Origin: Vitrella brassicaformis CCMP3155
Taxonomy: Eukaryota; Protista; Chromerida
Direction of reading: 5' to 3'
NCBI GenBank assembly: GCA_001179505.1
Contig: CDMY01000773.1
Location: 1-22,340, forward strand
Length of the DNA stretch: 22,340 nucleotides
Of this stretch, positions 8,326 through 18,643 are shown in pieces (positions within the stretch are counted from its first letter, which is position 1; every line of letters begins with the position of its first letter). A program made the position numbers and the translations under genes. The notes below the pieces were generated by a model, which saw nothing but the letters and a program-made list of their open reading frames with translations, was not told the origin of the DNA and ran no database searches.

Positions 8326-11300
8326 ATGAGCGATCCTCTGTCTGCTTGGCTCAAGGGAGAAGATCAGCGCGGTGGCGCCCGTCTGGTGACGGCTGATGTA
8401 TCGCTTGACTCACTCGACAGCTGGGATCAGACGGAGGCCTCGGCGGTGGAGTCTGATTGCCCTCTGAGCGACGTGACGGCCGTGTACAGGAGGGATGATG
8501 AGCTGAACGGGCGCGTGTACCTGTGGCGGGGCGATATCTGTGCGCTGCGGTGTGACGCCATCGTCAACTTCACCAATGAATCATGCTCAGGTACTCAATG
8601 AAGGAGTGCACTCATCGCGCAGACAGTCAAACACTGAAGCAAACGAGCAAACAAACAAACAAACATAATGGCGTGTGTGTGTGGTGTGTTTGTGGTGTGG
8701 TGTGATGTGTGCTGTGCTTGCCGCAGAGGCGTCAGGGCTGGCTGGTCAGTGAGTGCACTCATGTCATGTCATGTGGCGTGATGGATAAACAAATGTGATG
8801 GGACCTGTCTGTGTGTGTGTGTGTGTGTGTTGGTTGCTTGCTTCACTCAGGTCGCATTCTGGCCATCGGTTCTGACGATTTGCTTGAGGAGCTCCGCAGT
8901 TTAGACGTGCTCAAGACCGGCGCGTGTCAGATCACCAAGAGCTTCAACATGCTACCCAGATACCTCATTCACACCAACGGACCAAAGTGAGACGACACAC
9001 ACCACCAAACACACCATCTTTTTATGTGCTCGTGATCATTGCCTTCGCGTGTGGTGTGGTGTGGTGTGTGTGCGTCTGCAGATACTCGGCCAAGTACGCC
9101 AATGCCGCCGAGAACACGTTACATCACTGGTGGGTACAAATGAGGGAGGGACACGCAGCCAGGCACAAGCACACCAGGACGGCACACGACGGCATCGTTC
9201 GGGTGGGTGTTCAGCCACCGTGAGGCGTTGAAGCTGCTGGTTGAGTCTGGCCTCAAGACCATCGCATTCCCAGCCATCTACAGCACCACAAGAAACTACC
9301 CCAAAGACAAGTAACCAAACACTCACCCACCTTGACAGCCACACAGGCCTTTTTGTCGTCACGCCATATCACGATTTTTTTTTGGCAGGTGTGCTCATGT
9401 TGCGTTGAGGTCCGTGCGTTGCTGGCTGCCGTTGCTCCCGCAGATCGAGGCCGTGGTGATGGTGGCCGCGTCGCAGGAGGAGCATGACCTGTACTGCCGC
9501 ATCATGCCGCTCTGCTTTCCCAGAAACAGAGCAGAGGAAATCGCTGCCGCTAACGACCCCGAATTCGTCGCTGACGCAAGTGAGTCATATGAAGAACACT
9601 GCAACAGGCAGGCGGCAGGCAGCCGTATCCTCTGTGTGCTGTCGTTCGTTCAGAGTCGTGCAGTGCCACCGGCGAGTTGGTGTGTGAGGAACGTGCCATC
9701 CCTAGTGCCATCCGGCTCAACCGCGGCTTCAGACACAGGCACAAGCAGGAGGGCGGCAGTGACGACTCCTCCCCGAGCGAGTCGGAGAACGATGACCCCC
9801 TCATCACCGATGTGGATGTGTCCTTCTGCGAGCGGAGCGACACCACGACGTCTGAGCAGCGGGTGCGGCGGGGGGCGGCGGGGGGAGGGGGTGGNNNNNN
9901 NNNNNNNNNNNNNNNNNNNNNNNNNNNNNNNNNNNNNNNNNNNNNNNNNNNNNNNNNNNNNNNNNNNNNNNNNNNNNNNNNNNNNNNNNNNNNNNNNNNN
10001 NNNNNNNNNNNNNNNNNNNNNNNNNNNNNNNNNNNNNNNNNNNNNNNNNNNNNNNNNNNNNNNNNNNNNNNNNNNNNNNNNNNNNNNNNNNNNNNNNNNN
10101 NNNNNNNNNNNNNNNNNNNNNNNNNNNNNNNNNNNNNNNNNNNNNNNNNNNNNNNNNNNNNNNNNNNNNNNNNNNNNNNNNNNNNNNNNNNNNNGGGGGT
10201 TCGGACACCGATGCCATGTACATGTCGTACCTCAAGGCGGCCCAGCGGATGCCCAACCTCAAGCAGCTCGACGCGCGACGATTCGTCTACTATGCTGGTG
10301 AGGGGATGAACGGCATGGACACGTGCTGTGTGTGTGGATGGAAACACGCAATGGTGTGTGACGTCATCAGGTCAAGACCGGTTGAAGCGCAACACGATCG
10401 TGGTGTGTGGGGCGCTGTTCGATGGGCAGCTCGACACGTCCACCTGTGTGTCATACATCGTCTCAAGACTCGACCCGTACATCAGAGACCGTAAGCTAGC
10501 ACGCTGATTGATTGATGCACTCACTCACTCGGTACGGGCGGCCGGCCGGCAGATAGACGAGCCTCCCTATCACTATTTGTTTCCTTGCTGGTCTGTCTGT
10601 CTGTCTTTGTGTTTGTCTATCAGGGTATGTGTTGCTATGGGTTCAGTCTGCCGTGAGTTCGTCCCACCACCCGTCCATCTTCATACTCAAGCAGCTGCTC
10701 ACGCTGTTCAACAACAAGTACAGAACCATACCTGAAATGACCCCCAACGCACCCACTTTGTGTCTGGCTGGCCGTTGCAGATACGAGTCGAACCTTGATG
10801 CCTTCCTGGTGCTCCACGCGGGCGTGTTGTTTCGGTCCATCTTCGCGCTGTGTCGCCCCGTCATGAGCCAACACCTGTGGAGTGCGACCACATACGTCGA
10901 ATCAGTGCAGGTGGGCAGCTGTGGGAGAGGGCCGTGGGCATGAGGGACAGACGCACATCCATCCGGCTCCTCTCTCTCTATCGTCGGTCGAATCAATCAG
11001 GATTTGTCGAAGCACTTCGACGTGGAGCAGCTCAAGCTACCAGACTACGTCAGCGCGTGAGTGACCTCTCCTAGCGTGCCCATATGTGTAAGGGTGTTGT
11101 GTTGTGTTGTGATGTGCAGAAACGAGCGTGCCATTGAGAACCAGCCGACGCTGACCTCATCACTCAACGCTATCGCATCTTCCCTCCTCTCGTAAGTAGG
11201 CAAGCACTGCTGGCCTATGGGTGCTTATCCCTCCCTCCCTCCGTCCGTGGTGTGTGTGTGTGTGTGTGTGTCAGAGTTGACCAGTACGTCGATGCAGCCG

Positions 11301-11506
11301 TGGCGCGTCTGGGTGACCTCACCGACTCACTCATCAGAGCTGCAACGGACGGCGTGGCGCAGCTGGGCATTTCTGACTCGATGGGCAGCACACGTGCATC
11401 CAACAGCCCTGAACCATCGTCGAGAGGAGGAGGGCGAGGGGGAGGAGACGACTGGACGACCATGAGGGCCGGCAGACAGGGGCAGAGAGGGGGCGTGGGT
11501 GACTGA
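8326..11506 (+). CDS. GDAP2: GDAP2-like protein (macro domain + CRAL-TRIO/BCH domain), at least 589 aa; exons 8326-8590, 8727-8744, 8851-8986, 9082-9129, 9215-9310, 9389-9579, 9654-9862, [gap]-10297, 10371-10490, 10624-10717, 10781-10910, 11001-11056, 11120-11191, 11275-11506
   Basis: Macro-domain motifs VYLWRGDICALRCDAIVN, KTGACQIT...YLIHTNGPKY, AENTLHHCHREAL, TIAFPAI, AHVALRSVR; GDAP2-like linker PLCFPRN...GELVCEERAI; C-terminal FVYYAGQDRLKRNTIVV...YVLLWV...KYESNLDAFLVLH...EQLKLPDYV. Splice phases are consistent on both sides of the gap. Confidence 0.88.
9895..10194. other. Assembly gap (300 N) inside the GDAP2-like gene
   Basis: Run of N flanked by G-rich sequence. Confidence 0.98.
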
Positions 11507-11639
11507 GCATGGATGGATGGATGGATGGGCAGGCGGCTGATGACGCAGCTGCAGGCAGGCAGACAGACAGAGAGGATTGCAGCCTATGGCAGCGGCCAAC
11601 AAGAGACGGCAGTCAGTGTGATGAGTGGCGTGATACATG

Positions 11640-12627
11640 TGGTGATACGTGTGCACGCTTTGCATAGATTTGCGTGACCTTTTCCCTTGAGAGAACACTG
11701 TATAGCGATCGCAGGTCGTTCCTTCAGAGATCACTCTACACTTACCAAGAACTACCAAGCGGTGCTCAGCAGTTTCGCCGTTGGAGACGTCCGACGGCGA
11801 GGATTGCTTTGCCATTTTTGCGAGCTTGAGTGGGTGTTTGGCAATCAAAATTGATTCATAGTGATCGGCGAAGCACGCCGGATCAAACGAGGTTCATCGT
11901 GCAAAGCAAAACGCGCCTCGGCCCCTGGCCGTTAGAAACCCTAAATTTACGGGTACAGGGTATAACTGCCGGTCCAGAGCTGGGTTGATGGCGTGCCGTC
12001 GGTAGTAAGGGACTTGAAGGCAGACGTGAGGAGGCGACGGGTCGTCGGCGGAGCCAGATCAGCACCCTCTATACCCTAACCGGCTGGCGAGCTGCGGCGC
12101 TTGCCTGTCTGTCAGTTAATTAAGGGTGGTCGGCGGTTCGTACGTCACTGATGTGTGCTTGTGACTGACTGACGGTGTGCGAGCTGCCTGCCGGTGTGAG
12201 TCGCGTTGCGGCCTGCAGGAGGGGTTCTTCTTCTTTGGGCGAACTCTTTGCGTCTGCTGCCCCTCACTGCACTTCCACACCTCTCGTGACGTGAGTGGTG
12301 GCTTGGGCGGCTCGTTGACACACAGACGGACTGCAGATAGGGTGCTCAGCTGGGTATCTTTTAAGCCTCGACATCGCCCTTCCATACCGCTCTGATTGAA
12401 GCGGGTTGTCAGGTCGGTAAGAAGGGAGGGAGGGAGGGGGCACTCTGAGTGAGGAGGGCGCCTTCACTGTGTATGTCCTTGTGTTTCCTGGCATTTCCTT
12501 TGTTCAGGTGTATCGCTCGTGTGTCTGTCTGTTTGGCAGCCCATCCCACCCACCATCGCTCCCCTGGCCTCCCCCACCCCCCTCACCCCGCCCCTCTGAC
12601 TGACGACCATTCACCATCACCATCACC
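11640..12627 (+). promoter_or_regulatory. Probable promoter and 5' leader of the CCCH gene
   Basis: Microsatellite-poor stretch after the GDAP2 3' flank. Carries AAACCCTAAA (11936-11945), ACCCTAA (12073-12079) and three GCGAGCT copies; a possible 5'UTR intron at 12417-12508 (GTAAGA...TTCAG). Confidence 0.35.
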
Positions 12628-14531
12628 ATGACATGGACAGCTCCGGTGCAGGCGCAATTTTACAAGACCAAGATGTGTCCCCTGTTCGAGAAGGGTCGGT
12701 GCTTCAACGGCCGCAAGTGCCGCTACGCGCACAGCGACTCCGAGCTGCGGGAGCTGCCCGACCTGCGCTGCACCAAGCTCTGTGAGTCGGTCCTCAAGGG
12801 CGAGCCCTGCAAGTCCGACAACTGCACCTTCGCGCACACGCGGGAGGAGCTACGGACCTCTCATATCACCTTCCACAAGGTCAGCCTCTGCAACTTCTAC
12901 AAGAAGGGACGATGCCTCAACGGAGGTACGAACGTGAATGGCAAACACAGGGGATGGGAGGAGAGAGAGAGGGTCTGGTGCAACGACTGTTCTCGTGTGT
13001 TTGGTCCATCAGTCTATTGCCGCTTCGCCCATGGGCTGTCTGAGCTGAGAGGACCGCTGCCCAAGAAGACGTAAACGACCAGCCAGCAGACAAGACAGAA
13101 AATACCCCACCCACCAGTCACCATTCCTCCCCTGTCTGTCTGTCTGTGTGTGCAGGTCCAATCCGAAGAGCAAGAAGGGTGGTCTGAAGGGCCGGCGGCG
13201 GATGGACGACGGCGAGTACTCCGAGTACACCGACGACCACAACATGGGCATGGAGGTCCACGACATCCGCTCACCCCACTCCGTCACCACACTCACCGGC
13301 GGCATCTCACCCACACCCCCCTCGTCAGGCCCCGGCATCTCCGTCGCATCCACCACCTGCAGCATATCCGACAATGACAACAGCACCGAGAATAGGGCCT
13401 TCCACGGCGGCTTCCCACGACACGTGCTCGAGGGGGTGGCCGAGGGCGACTCCACCGACGGCAGCTCACACGAGGGCCACTCGGTCGTGGGGGTGCCGCC
13501 CGGCGCATACATCAAGAAATTCGACGTGGAGAGGTCCATCACGGAGGTGACGGCCACCCCACTGCCCCCCACTCCCACGCCCTCGCTCGTCTTCATCAGC
13601 CGACAGGCCGAGCACGCGCATCACGAGATGTCGGCCAGCCCGCCGGTCGCCACGCCCCAGGCGGCCCCCGCCACGCCCCACTCGTTCAAGCCCCCCCTCC
13701 CCCCGATGTGCTCCGTCCCCCTCCCCACCCACGACCTGACGTCACTCGCCACACACCGGCCGTCCAGCAAGAAGAAGAAACCGCTCACCATGCCCCTGCC
13801 CCTGCCGCTCAGCAGCCTGCTTGGCCCTTATGGCGGCGAGGGCATCCTGGGGGGCGGACCGACAGACAAGGCCGACGTCGTTGTGGGAGTGGGGGCCAAG
13901 GCGGCACCCGAGAGGTCGTCGTCTGGTCCTGTGGTGACGCGTCAGGCGTCCTTCCCTCTCGAGACGGTGGCGCGGTCGGTGACGGGCAGCTCGCTGAGCA
14001 CGGTGCGGCCTCCCCCACTGGACATCCCGCATTCGGCGTCTGTCGGGTCGGTGGGCGGCAAGGTGGTGTCTGGCTATCCGCCTCACTCCCACTCTCGTCC
14101 GTCTCACTCGTCGAGTACGAGCATGCCGAGCGGCGACACGCCTGTGGGCAGTGGGGGTGGGTCGGGGATGGGTGGTTTTTACACGCCTGGCGTCGGGCCC
14201 ACCACCCCTGCACTCTCGGCCTCGTCGACGACAACGCCACTCCCCAACTTCCACGTGAGCAGACCTGACAGACAGACAGACAGACAGACAGCCACAAAGG
14301 GGCGAGAGGAGGGTGGGGTGGATATCATGTCGGCATTTGTGGTATTGTTCAGCATCTCCTCTCATGCACATCGCGGCAATTCTCCGCCGAAGGTGAGAAA
14401 TGAAGACAGACAGACAGACAGACAAGCCGTCAGGGCCCACCCACCCATGGGTCTTCTGTCTGTCGTACTTGTGCCTGTTCTCAGAATTGCAAACCCTCCT
14501 GACCGCCCCATCTGCCGTCTACGAGGACTGA
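12628..14531 (+). CDS. Tandem triple CCCH zinc-finger RNA-binding protein with long Ser/Pro-rich disordered tail, 513 aa; exons 12628-12925, 13013-13070, 13156-14254, 14353-14392, 14485-14531
   Basis: QFYKTKMCPLFEKGRCFNGRKCRYAHSDSELR / PDLRCTKLCESVLKGEPCKSDNCTFAHTREELR / KVSLCNFYKKGRCLNGVYCRFAHGLSELR. Spliced length 1542 nt, ending LLTAPSAVYED*. The start could lie further upstream (acceptor-like GACAG at 12640). Confidence 0.9.
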
Positions 14532-17500
14532 TTGACCCAATCAGACAGGCAGAGAGACAGAGAGATAGACAGACCACACAGCGCTGATGAGCCAGCAGTA
14601 GTGGCGGGCCGGTGGGTCTCACGTGCAGAGCTTTGTCACTCAGATGACAGACGGACAGACTGACAGCTGACGAGAGATGGTGTAGAGCGGGGTGGTAGGG
14701 ACGAGAGAGAGACGTGTGTGTGTATGTGGATGTGGTGGGGGCTGGGGGGTGAGGGGCGCCTGCCTTTCTTCTATCCTTCTAAGGGCGGGTGTCTTGCCGT
14801 CCACTCACTCACTCACTCACTGACTGACTTATCGCTGTTGCTTTTGTTATGTCTATATTATCTGTATCTCGGCTGGCTGCTGGCTGGGCTGGGGGCATCA
14901 ATCAATCAAGCGGGGGCGGGGTGGGGTGGGCCTGCCCCCCTCTCTCTCTGTCCGTCTTTCTCGTGAGTGATGTGTTTGTGCCATGGTGCTTCGCTCGAGT
15001 GGTCAGTTGGTTGGTTGGTTGGTTGATGCGATCGGTGGTGTGCCGAGTGTAATTAAAGTCCAGGAGGGGCGAGCAGAGCCCAATACCAGCCTGCCGCCCG
15101 TCTGCCAGCAATTGAAGGACTGACTGACTAGCGATGACTGAGGGATGGATGGATGGATGCTGCCTACGATAGATACCCGCTGGCTGGCTGGCTGGCTGGC
15201 TGGCCTAATTGACTGACGAGACGCAGACAGACGAGACAGATAGGTAGAAGAGGCAGAGAGAGAAGCAAGCCAAGCCTAGAGACAGACAGACGGACGAGCG
15301 CACCGCGCTGTGTGGCTGGATGAGTGGACGGTCGGTGACATGCATGTGTGTGGTGTGGTGTGTGACGACAGAGGGGCTTGGTCGGGATCGGGGTGGGGGT
15401 GGGGCTGCATTGGTCTCTGGCAGCGTCTTGCCTGCCTGCTCTTCCGCCGCCGCCATTTTTCTTTTCTCTTTTCTTTTCCATGGACTCGCGCCCACGCTGG
15501 TTCAGTTCACACGCTGGTTTTCCATGCCTCCCTCCCCTCCCTCCCCTCCGTCTTGGTCGGTCGATCGCCACTTACTCACTCACTCACTCACTCACTCTGA
15601 TGTCTGCCGTGCTTTGCACCTGTGCCTGCCTTTTCCTTCCTCCCACCAGTGTGCGGTCAGTCAGTACTGACCGATAGTTTTTTCAACATGCCCCTCCATC
15701 CATCCAGCCAGCCATCCATCCATCCATCGGACAGCAGGGTGGATGGGCGGACGGGTGGGGGGGGGGGGTCTGTGATTTCTTATGGCTGACTGTCTGTCTC
15801 ACGCGCATCCACATCGCTACGGTGTCCCTCCCTCCCTCCAGTGTGTGTGCCGCGGGGGTGCGTCCATGCGTTGAAGAGAGAGCGAGGGATCTGGTGGCTG
15901 CTGTTTGCGCTGCAACTGCATGGTTGAATGCCTGTCTGTCTTTTTGTGTGTTCGTCGGTTGGTTTGTTCGTTCGTTCCGGCCACTTGCGGACTTTTTCCC
16001 ATGGGAGCGTGGCGTGGCGTGTCGTTGGTTGGCTGTCGATTGGGTTGGTGTACAGGCAGACGGACGGGAGCATGTGATGTGTTTGGGTGCTCGGTGTGTG
16101 TGTGTGTGTTGATGTGATGTGAGGGTATGTGTGAGTGCATCTGTGGGTGATTGTGTGTATAGCACTACTAATACATGCGAGGATACAGACAGACATGATG
16201 GACGATGAGGGACTGGCTGGCTGCGTTTATCTGTTTCTATCTGCCTGCATGCCGTGTGCGTCTCTTGTGTGTGTGTTGTATCTATTTATCCGGTGCTGAA
16301 TCCGTGTGGTGTCGTGTGGTGTGGTGTGGTGTGGTGTGTGGCGGTCTATGGTGACCGTCCCTTGTTTGTGTACAGTAGCCATCCCTTGTCTTGTTGTTGG
16401 CTCCTCTGTGTGTGTAGGTGGGGTGGGTGTGGGTGTGGGTGTGTGTGAGCGTGTGGATCGGCAGACAGACAGACAGACAGACCGTAATTACTCCCTCATG
16501 TGTGCCGTGAATGCATGTGTGTGTGTGTCCATTGGGTGGGGGGGTGGATGGGTGTTACTCACTCGTATATGTGTGTGTGTGTGTGGATGTGTGTAGTGAT
16601 GTGTACATAACGAATGTCTGTAAACTATATAGAACTCTATAGTCAGTATACACACTCTCCTCTCGGCCTCTCTGCCTCACTGCATTGCCTGCATGCTTGA
16701 ATGAATGAGTGTCGTGTGTGTGTGTGTGTGTGTGTATTGGTCACTTTCTCCCTCACTACTATCTATCAAGATCGCTTCGCTTACTCGTGTCTCACTGCCT
16801 TGCCGTGGTGCACTCCTGCCTGCCTGCCTGCCTGCCTGTGTGTGCGTGTGTGTGTGCGTGTGTGCGTGCGTGTGGTGTGGTCGCGGTGTTGTGCTATTTA
16901 AACCCCATCATGGTGATGTTGTGGTGATGTGCCTGCATTGCCTGTGTGCGTGCTATCAATGTACTTTTTGTCGTGCCTCCGTCCGTCTATCCGTCTGTCT
17001 GTCCGTGTGCGAGGCGTGTTGTGGCGTGCTGCGACCGTTTTGTTGGCTCTCGATGGATGGATGGATGGATGGATGGGTGTGATGTACAGATGCAGAGGGA
17101 TGGATGGTTGGGAGGCTGGCTGACGGCTGCTGAGGGTGTGCACGTGTGTGCGCTAGTCTCATGCTGAGCGTATGAGATGAGAGTGTGCGAGGGGAAGAGA
17201 GAGAGCTACTGAGGCGAAGTTTGCTGTCCGACTGATCCACCGCCCCACCGCAGCGGCCTGCCTGGTCTGCCTGCGACTGGTGGATGGGCACGTGCTGTGT
17301 ATGTGACGTCTCAGATAGCGATGAATGAATGACACAGTGGGTGGGTGGTGTGGTGTGCGTGGTGGGTAGATCAGATCGATGTGGGTTTTCGTAGGCCGAT
17401 GGTCAGAGTGTGCAGATGAGAGAGACAGGATGGATGGATGGATGGAGGGATGTGTGTGTGTACTTAGGCCTTCCTGCCTGCGTGTTTGCTCTACGAAGGA

Positions 17501-18106
17501 TCGGTCACACACGCAGAGAGACACACACACACAGTGAGAGAGAGAGGGAGAGAGCGAGAGGCCATGGATGCAGTGATGTCAGATTTTTCGTGCTGTGAGA
17601 TGAGAGAGTGCTTGATGGATAAGTCTATACAGACCAGGCCCACACCAGTCCATTGCCCAAGCCTGTCGGCCTTCTGTGCCTCTTTGGTCCACCTGTCTGT
17701 CTGTCTGTCTGTTTCTTGAATGAACCACCGGTCGCACATGAGAGAGAGGGCGGGGGAGGGGAGGGGAAGGCTCTTTGGTTTGGTTTGGTTGCCAATCGTA
17801 TCTGTGTGTGTAGTGATTCAGATTTTCAAGCCATAGACTGACAGATAGACAGACCGCCATCCCATCTTGTAGAGAATGACGTGCCATGTGTGTTTCTGCA
17901 TCTGTGTGTCCGCCCCGTGCTCATTGGGAGAGGGAGAGAGAAAGCCACTTTTTCAGTTTGCCACAACCATCATCCATCCATCCAGTCCACTTGACGTCCA
18001 TGCTGCAGTGTAGTCTCTAGTGTCCAACTCAAGCCTCTTCTGTCGTACGTGTGTTTCTGTGTCACTGTGTGTGGGTGTGGCTTGTGTGTTGGGGGGGGGG
18101 GGGGGG
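14532..18106 (+). repeat. About 3.6 kb non-coding tract of mixed microsatellites: (GT)n, (GGAT)n, (GTCT)n/(GACA)n, (CACT)n, (GCCT)n, (GGCT)n, (GGTGT)n
   Basis: Dozens of short simple repeats are visible directly. All ORFs here are repeat translations (CVCV, MDGWMDG). Confidence 0.9.
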
Positions 18107-18406
18107 NNNNNNNNNNNNNNNNNNNNNNNNNNNNNNNNNNNNNNNNNNNNNNNNNNNNNNNNNNNNNNNNNNNNNNNNNNNNNNNNNNNNNNNNNNNNNN
18201 NNNNNNNNNNNNNNNNNNNNNNNNNNNNNNNNNNNNNNNNNNNNNNNNNNNNNNNNNNNNNNNNNNNNNNNNNNNNNNNNNNNNNNNNNNNNNNNNNNNN
18301 NNNNNNNNNNNNNNNNNNNNNNNNNNNNNNNNNNNNNNNNNNNNNNNNNNNNNNNNNNNNNNNNNNNNNNNNNNNNNNNNNNNNNNNNNNNNNNNNNNNN
18401 NNNNNN
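18107..18406. other. Assembly gap (300 N)
   Basis: Run of N preceded by G16 and followed by a G run. Confidence 0.98.
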
Positions 18407-18643
18407 GGGGGGGTTCGCGGGCAAGACAGAAAGACATGCGGGACGGAACCACCCAAGGCAGCAACGACCAAGGGCGGAAGGGGATGGAGGTCAGATCGCT
18501 GTTTACTTTTGAACACACATCCACAAGTCACTCATCCACCCACCACCCCACTCCGGCTTGGCTTCTATCGCACAGCATGGACAATGGACACCAACGAGAG
18601 CGCAGGCAGTGATGTGATTGATGCAGCGGAGATAATTCGGTAG
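18407..18643 (+). CDS. Possible 3' end of a gene whose start lies in the gap (exons ...-18489 and 18576-18643)
   Basis: Intron-like GTCAGA...(CA-rich)...CTTCTATCGCACAG at 18490-18575. The phase-1 join gives an open frame GFAGKTERH...EGDG-AWTMDTNESAGSDVIDAAEIIR*. No homology recognised. Confidence 0.3.
   Translation, partial: GGVRGQDRKTCGTEPPKAATTKGGRGWRSDRCLLLNTHPQVTHPPTTPLRLGFYRTAWTMDTNESAGSDVIDAAEIIR

Noticed and set aside
11936-11945. Interstitial telomere array
   Set aside because: Only one full unit plus flanks; treated as a possible promoter motif instead.
12449-12631. uORF whose TGA overlaps the CCCH start (ATGA)
   Set aside because: Its ATG (12473) probably sits in a 5'UTR intron and the sequence is not codon-biased; it cannot be supported without cDNA.
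13148-14587. 479-aa single ORF as the true C-terminus of the CCCH protein
   Set aside because: The end reads through (GACA)n repeats (DRQTDRQT) bounded by good GT-AG sites; the spliced model is better.
18020-18643. ORFs of 120-300 aa spanning the N gaps (also 9405-10347)
   Set aside because: Artefacts of translating N as X.
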